A DNA stretch of 64,000 nucleotides from Deltaproteobacteria bacterium (GCA_018333535.1 JAGXTA010000046.1:20551-84550); one strand, 5' to 3'. Shown: positions 8,910 to 18,355, numbered from the stretch's first letter. The notes: generated by a model from the letters alone, not told the origin. Numbers and translations: made by a program.

Positions 8910-10384
8910 CTTGTCTCCGATAATATTTCCAGTTTAACCTTCCCAATGACCCCCATCAAATCGACCTGTTGCTCCGTGCCCCGCACAAAACGGATGTGCG
9001 TCACATCGGCAGGAAACTGTCCCATGACCGCATCCGCCGTGATCCATCCTCCGAGATGGAGGACATTCCATGCATGATAATAAAATCTTCCGTTCTGATA
9101 GACCAGACCGGCTTCGATCTCCGCAGGTATGCCCGATGCCCTTGCCAGTGCCGCTAACAGGACGGCATGTTCATTGCAGTCGCCGACCCTGTTTCGAAGC
9201 GTCTCCAGGGCATTGGGAACGGAGAGAACCGGCCTTTTTTGAATGTTCTGATGGACCCATGCCACAAGCTTCTTCGCCTGCACAATATCCGAATCTCCCT
9301 CTGAAACGATCTCTTTCGCTTTGGTCCGGAGTTCAGGATGGTCGGACTGGATAAAAGGGGTGGCCTTCAGGTATCTCGTCCGCTCACTTTGAAACTTCTC
9401 CTCCTCTTTTTGGGAAAGGTTCAAAATCGATTCCTTCCGAATCGTCAATACCCTCTCGTTAAACGACTGTCTGCCCCCGTCTAAAAATAATCCATTCGCC
9501 CCTGTTCCTTCCAACCTGATCCTCAATTCTTTCAGTTCATGGACATTCTGAATGGATTTGTTCGCTGACACAGAGACCACTTCGGCAAGATCCGAACTTG
9601 CAAAGAATGTGCCTTTTTTTAGAGCCTCCTCTCTGGTTGTCCGTTCCAGCCTGATACCAAGCGACCCCTCCTCTCTTAATACCGCTCCATCTCTTCCGAT
9701 CCACGCAAACTGAGGAACCCCCATAAAATCGACTGAAACTTTTTTCGCCCTCTCCTCCCGGCTCATCACGGAAATGGTCTCCTCGATCACCACCGTCACC
9801 TTCATGGGCCTCTGTGCCATGCTCATCGGGTCAAAAACATGGAATATCCGGCTATCCCCCGGCTTCAAATTCTCATTCACCATTGATTCAAGTATGCCGG
9901 TCGGGAGATAAATCTCTTTTTCGATCGGAAGATCGATCTTCTGCTCGGACCCTGTCGGACCGCTATAGAGAGTGAGAAGGTTGTCCTTCACGCCCCCTCT
10001 TGCCTTAAACCGGAAAAGGCTCGATTCCAGTTCAAAGTCGAATGCGGAAAGAGCCAGACGATGATTCAGGTCTCCGATCGTTCTGAACCGGATATCCTGG
10101 ACCATTCCCATGGTGTTGATCCGCATGAAGACCGATTCCAGAATTCGATACCCTTCAGCCGTCCTTAAAAATTGGCGGTGGACATAACCGATTTTCTGTT
10201 CTTTCTGGAAGATATTCATCCATGTCTCACGATCCGATGGAGGTTGAGAAACGGATACCAGAGGAGACATCTCCCATTCATCCTTCTGGAACACTCCAAG
10301 ACGAACAACCAGAAGGGAGACAAAGATGAGGCCAAATAAGATTCCAATGACCCGGTTCAGTTTTATTCGTTGCATGGCCATCAA
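8906..10384 (-). CDS. Transglutaminase-like domain protein (membrane-anchored, putative cysteine protease fold)
   Basis: N-terminal TM helix. The C-terminal DCNEHAVLLAALARASGIPA...YHAWNVL...ADAV triad region is transglutaminase-like. It is first in an operon with the ABC ATPase and permease. Confidence 0.7.
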   Translation of the reverse strand: MMAMQRIKLNRVIGILFGLIFVSLLVVRLGVFQKDEWEMSPLVSVSQPPSDRETWMNIFQKEQKIGYVHRQFLRTAEGYRILESVFMRINTMGMVQDIRFRTIGDLNHRLALSAFDFELESSLFRFKARGGVKDNLLTLYSGPTGSEQKIDLPIEKEIYLPTGILESMVNENLKPGDSRIFHVFDPMSMAQRPMKVTVVIEETISVMSREERAKKVSVDFMGVPQFAWIGRDGAVLREEGSLGIRLERTTREEALKKGTFFASSDLAEVVSVSANKSIQNVHELKELRIRLEGTGANGLFLDGGRQSFNERVLTIRKESILNLSQKEEEKFQSERTRYLKATPFIQSDHPELRTKAKEIVSEGDSDIVQAKKLVAWVHQNIQKRPVLSVPNALETLRNRVGDCNEHAVLLAALARASGIPAEIEAGLVYQNGRFYYHAWNVLHLGGWITADAVMGQFPADVTHIRFVRGTEQQVDLMGVIGKVKLEILSETR

Positions 10385-10426
10385 CCTTTATTTATAATAT
10401 ACTATGTATTCCTTCACTTCAACTCA

Positions 10427-10476
10427 CTCTCCCCCTCTCCCCTCCCTCGACGGGAGGGGGCGAGGGGGAGGGTGAG
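10427..10476. repeat. G/C-rich palindromic REP-like element (CTCTCCCCCTCTCCCC...GGGGGCGAGGGGGAGGGTGAG)
   Basis: Inverted repeat seen directly in the sequence. It is a member of the GGGAGAGGGCGAGGG repeat family dispersed in the window. Confidence 0.5.
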
Positions 10477-10577
10477 CAAAACACACGCGACCCATTTAAC
10501 CAAAGGCTTCGCCTAAAGGCGAGGGTTTTTCTCCCATTCCCCGAATGGGAGAAAAAATATTCCTGAAGAAGTTGAAT

Positions 10578-11435
10578 ATGAAAACATACGGTCTCTTTCT
10601 GCTGGCCCTTTTCTTTACACTCTTACCCTCCCAACAGGGACATGCTTCATCTCCCGGCAAACTCCTCCTCTTTGCAGGAGCGGCAAGCAAGCCTGCGACA
10701 GAAGAGGTGATCAAAACTTTCCGGGAGAAATTTAAAATACCGGTCGATGTAATCTTTGGAGGTTCGGGGTTTGTCCTTTCTCAGATGAAATTATCCAGAA
10801 GGGGGGATATCTATTTCCCGGGTTCATCCGACTTCATGGAAGTGGCAAAAAGAGAGGGGCTCGTCTATCCTGAATCCGAAAAAATCGTTGTCTATCTCGT
10901 CCCTGCCATCAATGTTCAAAAGGGAAACCCAAAGAGGATCTCTTCCCTCAAGGATTTAACGAAGAAGAGAATCCGTTTAGCCATCGCCAACCCGGAGATG
11001 GTCTGCGTAGGGACTTATGCGGTGGAAATTATCGAGAGAAACCTGAATTCACAGGAGAAGGAGAGTCTCAGGAGAAATCTAGTTAATTACACGGAAAGCT
11101 GTGAAAAAACCGCCAATGTCATCTCTCTGAGGGCGGTCGATGCGGTGATTGGCTGGCGGGTATTCCAGTATTGGGACCCGGAACGGATTGAAACGGTCTT
11201 CTTGAAACCCGAAGAAATTCCAAGAATCGGCTACATTCCCATCGCTATCTCCAGGTTTACTCAGGACAAGGTCTTGGCTCAAACGTTTGTCGATTTTATA
11301 CTCTCGCCACAGGGAAAATCCATCTTTCAGAGGTATAACTACATAATGGACCTCCAGGAGGCGCGCCGATTTACAAAACCAGATACCCCTGTGGGAGGAG
11401 AATATATTCTGCCAAAGGAATGGAGAACAAGGTAA
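10578..11435 (+). CDS. Molybdate/tungstate ABC transporter substrate-binding protein (ModA/WtpA-like)
   Basis: Signal peptide MKTYGLFLLALFF. A periplasmic binding fold follows an oxyanion-binding-like GGSG segment (ModA-like). Followed by permease and ATPase genes. An alternative start at 10545 lies inside a hairpin. Confidence 0.75.
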   Translation: MKTYGLFLLALFFTLLPSQQGHASSPGKLLLFAGAASKPATEEVIKTFREKFKIPVDVIFGGSGFVLSQMKLSRRGDIYFPGSSDFMEVAKREGLVYPESEKIVVYLVPAINVQKGNPKRISSLKDLTKKRIRLAIANPEMVCVGTYAVEIIERNLNSQEKESLRRNLVNYTESCEKTANVISLRAVDAVIGWRVFQYWDPERIETVFLKPEEIPRIGYIPIAISRFTQDKVLAQTFVDFILSPQGKSIFQRYNYIMDLQEARRFTKPDTPVGGEYILPKEWRTR

Positions 11436-11439
11436 AAAG

Positions 11440-11600
11440 CAATGAAACGGTTATCAGATGATCAGGTTATCAGGAAGTAGACATCAGGATATTGGGATTT
11501 CAGGTCAAACCAAAAGCCGTTATTCTTTACCTGAGATCCAGGTATCCTGATATTCTGCACCCTGTTATCCTGATCACCTGATATCCGTATTTTCCCGCAT
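11440..11600. repeat. Intergenic ATCAGG...CCTGAT repeat element, copy C
   Basis: GGTTATCAG, gATCAGG, ttATCAGG, acATCAGG, atttCAGG lead into atCCTGATatt, ttatCCTGATcaCCTGATatc. Confidence 0.6.
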
Positions 11601-11644
11601 ACTGGTTATTAATTGGTGATTGGAATTTCAACTAAGGAGGACAA

Positions 11645-12421
11645 ATGGGCTTCAGGTACACCATGATTGGCGCTGCCATATGTATCTTCATCTTCTACTT
11701 TGGCCTTCTTGCCTCGCTCCTCTTCTCGGCAAGCCTGAAGGGTTTCTGGGAATCCCTGTTGCATCCTTCCACCCTCTTCTCCATTCGGCTGAGCCTCATC
11801 GCCGCCACCCTCGCCACACTTTTAGCTGTGGCTATCGGTCTCCCGTCAGCCTATGCCCTCTCCCGCTTCCAATTCAGAGGAAAGCAAATCGTGGATACGT
11901 TTCTCGAAATTCCGATCATCATGTCGCCCATTGCCCTGGGCGCCTCATTCCTCGTCTTCTTTAATACTCCCTTGGGGGAAGCCATCCAGAGAAAAGGAAT
12001 CTTCTTCGTATTTGAATTTCCCGGCATCATCCTTGCTCAATTCGCCACCATTGCAGGTCTGGCAACCCGGCTGATGAAAGCCTCCCTTGATGAAATCTCT
12101 CCACGATATGAAGCCGTGGCCCGCTCTCTCGGCTCCTCCTCATGGCAGGCCTTTTATCGTGTTACACTTCCCCTCTCCTTCCGGGGGCTTTTAGCTGCGA
12201 TCATCCTCTCCTGGGCGAAGGCCGCAGGCGAGTTCGGCGCCACCGTGACTCTTGCAGGCGCCATGCCAGGAAAAACCGAGACCATGCCCATTGCCATCTT
12301 TACGGCTCTGGCTTCAGCCAACATAGAAAAGGCGATTGTTTTGATTCTCATCCTCGTCTTCCTTGGTTTGGTCGCACTCTACGCTGTCCGATTTACCGGA
12401 AAGATCTATCGTTATGATTAA
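11645..12421 (+). CDS. Molybdate/tungstate ABC transporter permease (ModB-like)
   Basis: Six TM segments and the EAA-like loop ...SWAKAAGEFGATVTLAG typical of ModB/CysTW permeases. RBS AAGGAGG lies upstream. Confidence 0.85.
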   Translation: MGFRYTMIGAAICIFIFYFGLLASLLFSASLKGFWESLLHPSTLFSIRLSLIAATLATLLAVAIGLPSAYALSRFQFRGKQIVDTFLEIPIIMSPIALGASFLVFFNTPLGEAIQRKGIFFVFEFPGIILAQFATIAGLATRLMKASLDEISPRYEAVARSLGSSSWQAFYRVTLPLSFRGLLAAIILSWAKAAGEFGATVTLAGAMPGKTETMPIAIFTALASANIEKAIVLILILVFLGLVALYAVRFTGKIYRYD

Positions 12422-12499
12422 GGGATCTTCTCCCAGTCGAGTGGGTAAAAACCTCATGCAGATATGGCTATTTATTATCCCCCTTTGGAAAAGGGCAAA

Positions 12500-12540
12500 C
12501 ACTAACATTCCCCCCCTTTGGCAAAGGGGGGCGAGGGGGG
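12500..12540. repeat. Palindromic hairpin CCCCCCCTTTGGCAAAGGGGGGCGAGGGGGG
   Basis: Perfect palindrome. A related copy lies at 12672-12712 (CCCCCTCTTTGCCAAAGAGGGGG) and another at 50985-51025. Confidence 0.5.
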
Positions 12541-12751
12541 ATTTTAAGAACAAATGCTTTCTTACGATAAACAGTTGAAAATATTTTCCCAGCATCTCAG
12601 AAAAAATATTACAGAGATGTCTTTGAGAATATGGGCGGAGTGATGGAAGGGATATGGAGTTGCTTATGATTTACAAAATCTCCCCTGCCCCCTCTTTGCC
12701 AAAGAGGGGGAGAGAAAAACCAGATATGACCCACTCGATAGGGAAAAGATT

Positions 12752-13846
12752 ATGATTAAGATTGAGGGGCTTACCATCCTTCTCGGTTCTTTTCGTTTAA
12801 AGGATTTCCACATTGAAATTGCGGAGGGAGAGTTTCACTTTCTCCTCGGTCCCACGGGTAGCGGGAAAACCCTGATCCTGGAGTCGATTATCGGACTGCA
12901 TAAACCCAAAAAAGGAAAGATATGGATTGGCGAAAAGGAGGTTCAAAACCTGCCTCCTGAGCGGAGGGAGATTTCTTATGTTCCTCAAGACCTGGCTCTC
13001 TTCCCGCATCTAAGTGTGAAGGAGAATATCCTTTATGGAATTAGGGCAAAAAATCACTCCTTAAAAACCTATGAGGAATATGTCGGGTCTCTCATTCAGG
13101 TCATGAAAGTTGGACATCTTCTCGAACGATACCCGGCCAATCTTAGCGGAGGGGAGAAGAAACGGGTGGCGCTTCTCAGAGCGCTGGCTCCAAAGCCAAA
13201 ACTCCTTTTGCTTGACGAGCCCCTCTCCGGTCTGGACCCCTCCATCAAATTTGAAATTCAGCAACTCTTAAAAACCCTCCACGCCTCTTTTCATCCAACG
13301 GTTTTATGTGTTTCCCATGACTTCGAGGAAGCCTACCTCCTGGGAGATAAGATGACCATTTTCATTGATGGAAAAGTGGAGCAGGTCGGAAAAAGAGACG
13401 ATGTTTTTTTAAAACCCAGATCCCAAAAGGTGGCACAATTTCTGGGGTTAAAGAATCTTTACAGGGGCAAAGTCCTGACAAAGGGGGAGGCCGATCAACG
13501 ATGGGTTCTCGACATCAACGGTCTCCGATTTTCCGTACCGGGCAGTGCCTGTCAGGATCAGATGGAGATAGGAAAAGAGGTGGACATCTACATCCGACCT
13601 GAAGAGGTGATGATCCTCCGTGAAGGGAAGTCTGTCAAAGAATCTCTGAAGAAGAATATCTTCGAGGGGAAAATTTCGGATATTGCCAATAGAGGCAGAC
13701 ACCATACCGTGGCATTCCAGGATGAAGAAAGACGGATCTTTTTCGAAATCTCCATTCCCAATTACGCCTTCCGGAATCTCGATCTGTCGATTGGTAAAAC
13801 CACAAAGGTCGCCCTCCGCGACGAATCCCTCTGGGTGATGGAATAA
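12752..13846 (+). CDS. Molybdate/tungstate ABC transporter ATP-binding protein with a C-terminal TOBE-like domain (ModC-like)
   Basis: Walker A GPTGSGKT, signature LSGGEKKRVAL and Walker B LLLDEP. The roughly 130-aa C-terminal extension is typical of ModC. Confidence 0.85.
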   Translation: MIKIEGLTILLGSFRLKDFHIEIAEGEFHFLLGPTGSGKTLILESIIGLHKPKKGKIWIGEKEVQNLPPERREISYVPQDLALFPHLSVKENILYGIRAKNHSLKTYEEYVGSLIQVMKVGHLLERYPANLSGGEKKRVALLRALAPKPKLLLLDEPLSGLDPSIKFEIQQLLKTLHASFHPTVLCVSHDFEEAYLLGDKMTIFIDGKVEQVGKRDDVFLKPRSQKVAQFLGLKNLYRGKVLTKGEADQRWVLDINGLRFSVPGSACQDQMEIGKEVDIYIRPEEVMILREGKSVKESLKKNIFEGKISDIANRGRHHTVAFQDEERRIFFEISIPNYAFRNLDLSIGKTTKVALRDESLWVME

Positions 13847-13878
13847 TTTAAGAGGATGCTGAAAAAGCCAACCGCCAT

Positions 13879-13947
13879 GTCACTCCCGCGAAAGCGGGAG
13901 TCCAGAAGACCTTTGAAAAACTGGATTCCTGCTTCCGCAGGAATGAC
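13879..13947. repeat. Structured inverted-repeat module IR-a (outer stem GTCAC.../...GTGAC enclosing two hairpins)
   Basis: The hairpins are TCCCGCgaaaGCGGGA and TCCTGCttccGCAGGA, within the outer stem GTCACTCC...GGAATGAC. Confidence 0.55.
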
Positions 13948-14077
13948 CTTCTTCAGCCAGAATGGACTTTTTCAGCAACCTCCTAATAAAACCTCCTAAT
14001 AAATCTTGACGAAGCCGTAGTTTTATGAGATGTTTACAGCACAATGATAGTTGGCACAAACCAAAGGAGAAACTGCG

Positions 14078-14521
14078 ATGGGCGCCCGTGACGAATTCGC
14101 AACCAAAGATGATTTAGAAAAATCCTTAGGAAAATTTAAAGAAGAGATTATCCATGAATTTCATATTGTTGCTGAGGGACTGACTGACCATATGAAACTT
14201 CTGGCTGAAGGCCATTCAGGTTTAGCCCAAAGACTTGACCGGGTGGAAACAAGGCTTGGCGGAGTAGAGATCAGACTTGATCGAACAGAAGCAGGTCAGT
14301 TGGGAATCGTTCAACGACTTGATCATATGGAAACAAGGTTTGACCATATGGAAACAAGGTTTGACCATATGGAAGCAGAAAACGTACGTCAGCACATGGA
14401 AACTCGCTCACTCATTAAACTCTCCTTTTCCGAACTGGACAACCGACTCTCCAGTCTGGAGTTACAGGTCAAAGAACTGCAAGAATGGAGAAAACAGGTC
14501 CAGGATAGGCTTCAAATTTAA
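14078..14521 (+). CDS. Hypothetical coiled-coil protein with tandem heptapeptide-like repeats (RLDHMETRFDHMETRFDHMEAE)
   Basis: RBS AAAGGAG lies 7 nt upstream of ATG 14078. Heptad-like charged repeats. Contains a 21-bp tandem DNA repeat. Confidence 0.5.
   Translation: MGARDEFATKDDLEKSLGKFKEEIIHEFHIVAEGLTDHMKLLAEGHSGLAQRLDRVETRLGGVEIRLDRTEAGQLGIVQRLDHMETRFDHMETRFDHMEAENVRQHMETRSLIKLSFSELDNRLSSLELQVKELQEWRKQVQDRLQI
14321..14383 (+). repeat. Tandem 21-bp repeat x3 (GACCATATGGAAACAAGGTTT) inside the coiled-coil ORF
   Basis: Seen directly in the sequence. The third unit is degenerate. Confidence 0.8.
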
Positions 14522-14805
14522 CATTCCTCTTTTAAACCATTATATCTATCCATCATTATCTTTTCCCTACCCATCAGAAAATACAACCCCTTATTTGCAT
14601 AGAAAATAGCTTCCTTAAATCCCTCCCCGCCTCCCTTTGCCCTCCAGTTCAGAGACCGCTCTGGGTCGGAGACCAAAGGGAGGTGTAATTATCCCCCTTT
14701 GCAAAACTGATCCTTACCCATAACCTGGGTTGCTGGACACAAGGGTTAAGTTGAATATTGTTAACAGGTCGATATCATTATTAATTTTTAAGTTTGTCAT
14801 TCCTG

Positions 14806-14864
14806 CGGAAGCAGGAATCCAGATGTTTCTGTTGGTCCTGGATTCCCGTTTTCACGGGAATGAC
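14806..14864. repeat. Structured inverted-repeat module IR-b (reverse complement of IR-a)
   Basis: The hairpins are TTCCTGCggaaGCAGGAA and TTCCCGttttcACGGGAA, within the outer stem GTCATTCC...GGAATGAC. Confidence 0.55.
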
Positions 14865-15311
14865 ACCTAAATACAGAATGCAAAACCTTCAATTACACCG
14901 GTCATGCCCCCCTTCCTTGTGTTCAGCCCCCCGACTTATGGGACACGGTTAGTTTGCAAAAGGGGGACTGAGGGGGATTTTCATGGTTCGTGCCTGTCCC
15001 GTATAAACGGGAGGTGTCGCTCCGTCATGAAGGATTGCTCTGAAATAAATCCCTCTGGGTGATGAGCTAACTTAAAATCAGAGGAAGTTTGCTACGATTT
15101 TCATGGTTTTTGGTAACCAATTGTACGTGGTCAATTTCCATGATTTTTCAGAATTATTCCCTAAGATTTCTTCCTGAATTATTCAGTTCCTTAATTTCTA
15201 AAAAAGGTGTATATTACAACCCATAAGCAGCGGAATGGTATTTTCTTCATAACAAGATAATTTTCATTTATTGATTTAAAAAATTCCTATTTGGTCATTG
15301 GAGAGCCTGGA

Positions 15312-15608
15312 GTGAAAAAATTATTGGGTTCACTACTTGGCATATTGGTTTTGATTGCAGGATTATACCTTGAATTTTTTGGGATTTATCATTCATTTAG
15401 CAGGCACGGTGTAAAGGATGGGTTAATATCTGTTTTTATTCCACCTTACGGATGGTACCGAGCAATTGAATATTGGTGGCATGATGATTATGCTGGTATA
15501 GAGACCATGAACCCAGTGTGGGAGGCTTTGGGCCCGACAACGATGGTGGATGGAGAAGAAAGGTACTCGGGGGATTCTTTTTTGATAGAAAGAGTATGGA
15601 GAGAATAG
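15312..15608 (+). CDS. Hypothetical small membrane protein
   Basis: GTG start preceded by GGAGAG. One long hydrophobic segment LLGSLLGILVLIAGLYLEFFGI. AT-rich island context. Confidence 0.3.
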   Translation: MKKLLGSLLGILVLIAGLYLEFFGIYHSFSRHGVKDGLISVFIPPYGWYRAIEYWWHDDYAGIETMNPVWEALGPTTMVDGEERYSGDSFLIERVWRE

Positions 15609-15862
15609 AAGGGAAGATCAAATTGTGGGTGAGGATCAAAATACATAATCCAATGGTTCGACGGGAAGGAAAAGAAACTTTTAGATGTGATGAAATCATC
15701 CTAAAATGGATTGTCGATTGTGAAACGAAGGAAGTAAAAACAGATTATATTGTGCTCTATTGGCAGGCGAAGAAACAGTATAGTAAAAAGAAAGATGATT
15801 TGAAGTGGCCTATAATGAAGAACACAAATGCTTATCTGATATACGAATTATTTTGTTTTTAG
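15596..15862 (+). CDS. Hypothetical protein
   Basis: ORF in the AT-rich island, taken from the internal ATG (MERIEGKIKLW...). No recognisable domain. Confidence 0.25.
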   Translation: MERIEGKIKLWVRIKIHNPMVRREGKETFRCDEIILKWIVDCETKEVKTDYIVLYWQAKKQYSKKKDDLKWPIMKNTNAYLIYELFCF

Positions 15863-16626
15863 TGATGAAAGGAGGTAAACTGATAAACTATTTTCAGGTC
15901 GATGGCCGAAGAGAGTAAGATTTGGGGTCTGAATTGACTTCAAGAGGAATGGGTAGCGCTTAACAAATCAGCGGATGGTTTACAAACACCGCTGAATTAA
16001 GTCTTCGGACGGAAGAGATAATGAAAGAAGATGATTACAAACTGACTAAGGCTCAAGGAACCGATTAAGAAGCAGAAAGGACGATGCGCTCTTTCTGGAG
16101 CCGAGATGATTTTTGAGAAGGAATACGGAAATCCAAATATTAACACCAGCGGGTGTCACCCGCTCTATGTGACTATCGACCATATCTCCCCAAATAATGA
16201 TAAATATGGGCACCAGCTTGTGTGCTATGATCTGAACGATCTATTACTCTGGCCAGAATAATGGTAACGTTTTATTCTGAGATAGCTTGCCCACTTCTGA
16301 CCGTATTTTATTGGCCAAAAGCACAATTTCAAAGACATTTTTGGAAGTACCCTTGATCTGTGTGCTCTATGATAAGGATGTTACCTAAATTCAGGCCAAG
16401 GTAGTAAAAGGCTGTCTTCCAAACAAAATTTTCAAGGAACTCCAGGTCACGGAAGCATGGCGACAACTGATGAACGAGTGGCGGTCGCTTGCTAAAAAAA
16501 GACCCTATGGACATAGAGGCGTTCAAGAAGGTGCTTGGAGACTAAAGGTTATTCCAACAGGCGGCTACCTGATCGCCGATAGATCCGGTTTCCAGTGAGC
16601 CGCAATAAACTCATTCGAGGTGATGT

Positions 16627-17337
16627 GTGGTTTTTAATGTAGGATTTTGGGACAGATTTATTCGGGATCAATTAATGCACCAAATAACTATTTTCGTTGA
16701 AAATATAGAGGGACGTCTTCTTCCAACATTTCATGATATAGAAAGTGAGGCTGAAAAAGTTCAAGAGCAGGAATGGAATAGATTGTGTTCCTCGTGTTCC
16801 TCCCCAGATATCGATCTTGCTGATTTAGCGGAGAAAGCCCGTGATGCTGGGATCGATTACTATATGATGGTTTCCGGCGTTAAACAATCCCTTTTGAATG
16901 TTTCGGCAACGAGCTTGTATCACCTTTTTGAGCAACAACTCTTATTTTTTTTACGCCGTGAAATCCTTCATCAATCTGAAGAAAATAATATTGATCTAAT
17001 AAAGATATCTATTTTAAAAGAGCGATGTCTCCAACACAACATCGACGTTGAGATATTTTCATCTTGGCAGACAATAAATGAAATGAGGCTTGTGGCTAAC
17101 ACCGTAAAGCATGCTGAAGGTAAATCTGCCATTGATCTTCGTAAAATCAGACCGGACCTCTTCAGAAATCCTGTCCTGGAAAAATTTGGTCCTAAACTTG
17201 GTGGTAACTTTCGTTGTTTGTATATGCCACTCGCAGGTGAAGATTTGTACCTATCAATTGAGGATCTGAAAAAATACGGTAGAGCTATTACAAGGTTCTG
17301 GGACGAAATGATTTCTGCTATGTACGAACGAAACTGA
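16627..17337 (+). CDS. Hypothetical protein (236 aa, no recognisable domain) in the accessory island
   Basis: Long ORF in an AT-rich region. Confidence 0.45.
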   Translation: MVFNVGFWDRFIRDQLMHQITIFVENIEGRLLPTFHDIESEAEKVQEQEWNRLCSSCSSPDIDLADLAEKARDAGIDYYMMVSGVKQSLLNVSATSLYHLFEQQLLFFLRREILHQSEENNIDLIKISILKERCLQHNIDVEIFSSWQTINEMRLVANTVKHAEGKSAIDLRKIRPDLFRNPVLEKFGPKLGGNFRCLYMPLAGEDLYLSIEDLKKYGRAITRFWDEMISAMYERN

Positions 17338-17479
17338 CTGAAATGCCTCACCTAAAGAATTATTCCAGCGGATGGATTACAGTCACTGCTGTTTTTAGCT
17401 GTTAATGTCCGCTTTCAAAGCGTAATCCTCATCCTCAAGGATCACACTCGGAACAACATTTGTAGGTGCTATAGGCACT

Positions 17480-17704
17480 CTGAAAACTGGAAAGTATAAA
17501 ATAGAGCTTCTGTTAACCCCGTTTGAAGGCCCCAGCATTCCTGCCTGTCGGCAGACAGGTATGCTTGAGGATGGTAGAAATAGAAAGCATCCCTGCCTGT
17601 CGGCAGACAGGAGCTCCTCATTTAGTGTGGGGTTAAACCCCTGCCTCTTCTAACGGGGTTTACTCGCCCTCCATCTGAATCTCAATCTTTTTGGGTTTCT
17701 CGCA
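17480..17704. repeat. Direct repeat DR1 (about 225 bp). It contains two CCTGCCTGTCGGCAGACAGG palindromes and a copy of the last 15 codons of mobB.
   Basis: Near-identical to 18428-18650. The end of the repeat encodes ...CEKPKKIEIQMEGE*, compared with ...IEIQIEGE* for authentic mobB. Confidence 0.75.
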
Positions 17705-17747
17705 ATGGGAGGAAGAATCTGTTGAGAAGAAATAGGTTTAACAACTC

Positions 17748-17778
17748 TTGACAATGATATCAGTAATGGTACTATAAT
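17748..17778 (+). promoter_or_regulatory. Near-consensus sigma-70 promoter upstream of hicA
   Basis: TTGACA, then a 17-19 nt spacer, then a -10 element that is either ACTATA (17-nt spacer) or TATAAT (19-nt spacer), ending about 5 nt before the hicA GTG start. Confidence 0.45.
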
Positions 17779-17781
17779 AAT

Positions 17782-18042
17782 GTGGCTAAAATAGATGATA
17801 TACTTGCACAAATTAAGCAAAATCCAAGAGATGTTCGATTCAGTGATTTGTGCAAGGTATGTAATCATTTTTTTGGGGAGCCTCGCCAAAGTGGGAGCAG
17901 TCATCGAATTTACAAAACCCCGTGGCAGGGTGATCCTCGAATAAATATCCAGAACCATAAAGGAAAGGCCAAGGCATATCAGGTGAAGCAGGTGCTATTG
18001 GCAATTGACAGATTGGAGGTAAGTCATGGCCCTGAAAAATGA
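17782..18042 (+). CDS. hicA: HicA-family toxin (mRNA interferase)
   Basis: Small basic protein with the ...SGSSHRIYKTPWQGDPRINIQNHKGK... motif typical of the HicA/YcfA fold. Overlaps the downstream hicB. Confidence 0.75.
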   Translation: MAKIDDILAQIKQNPRDVRFSDLCKVCNHFFGEPRQSGSSHRIYKTPWQGDPRINIQNHKGKAKAYQVKQVLLAIDRLEVSHGPEK

Positions 18043-18355
18043 TCGATATACCTATCGGGTAACCTGGTCTGAAGATGATAACGAGTATGTGGGTTTGTGC
18101 GCTGAATTTCCCAGCTTGAGTTGGCTGGCTAAGACTCCAGGTATAGCCTTAAAAGGAATCCGTAAATTAGTTGAAGATGTCGTGAAGGATATGCATAACG
18201 CAGGTGAAGCTGTTCCTGATCCAATCGCTTGCAGGCATTACAGTGGAAAATTCATAGTGCGGGTTCCTCCACAAGTTCATCGAAAACTCGCAATCCAAGC
18301 AGCCGAGTCTGGAGTCAGCCTGAACCGTCTTGCCAGTTCAAAGTTAAGTCAATAA
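18026..18355 (+). CDS. hicB: HicB-family antitoxin
   Basis: N-terminal HicB fold (YRVTWSEDDNEYVGLCAEFPSL). C-terminal RHH-like DNA-binding tail (VHRKLAIQAAESGVSLNRL). Confidence 0.75.
   Translation: MALKNDRYTYRVTWSEDDNEYVGLCAEFPSLSWLAKTPGIALKGIRKLVEDVVKDMHNAGEAVPDPIACRHYSGKFIVRVPPQVHRKLAIQAAESGVSLNRLASSKLSQ

Larger units (their letters stand above)
13841..15064. mobile_element. Putative inserted non-autonomous element at the 3' end of the ModC-like gene. It has a 17-bp direct duplication and internal inverted structured repeats.
   Basis: AATCCCTCTGGGTGATG occurs at 13824-13840, which is the last codons of the ModC-like gene, and again at 15048-15064. Structured modules of about 70 nt at 13879-13947 and 14806-14864 are reverse complements of each other. 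Confidence 0.4.

Noticed and set aside
14321-14383. Possible CRISPR-like array (regular 21-bp repeats)
   Set aside because: The repeats are directly tandem with no spacers. They are in frame within a coding sequence and encode a peptide repeat. No cas genes are present in the window.
15900-16330. Possible HNH endonuclease gene (IDHISP...NL motif region at about 16160-16260)
   Set aside because: Only a short degenerate motif in a frame with multiple stops around it. It is at best a decayed remnant, so it is mentioned in the island finding and not listed as a feature.
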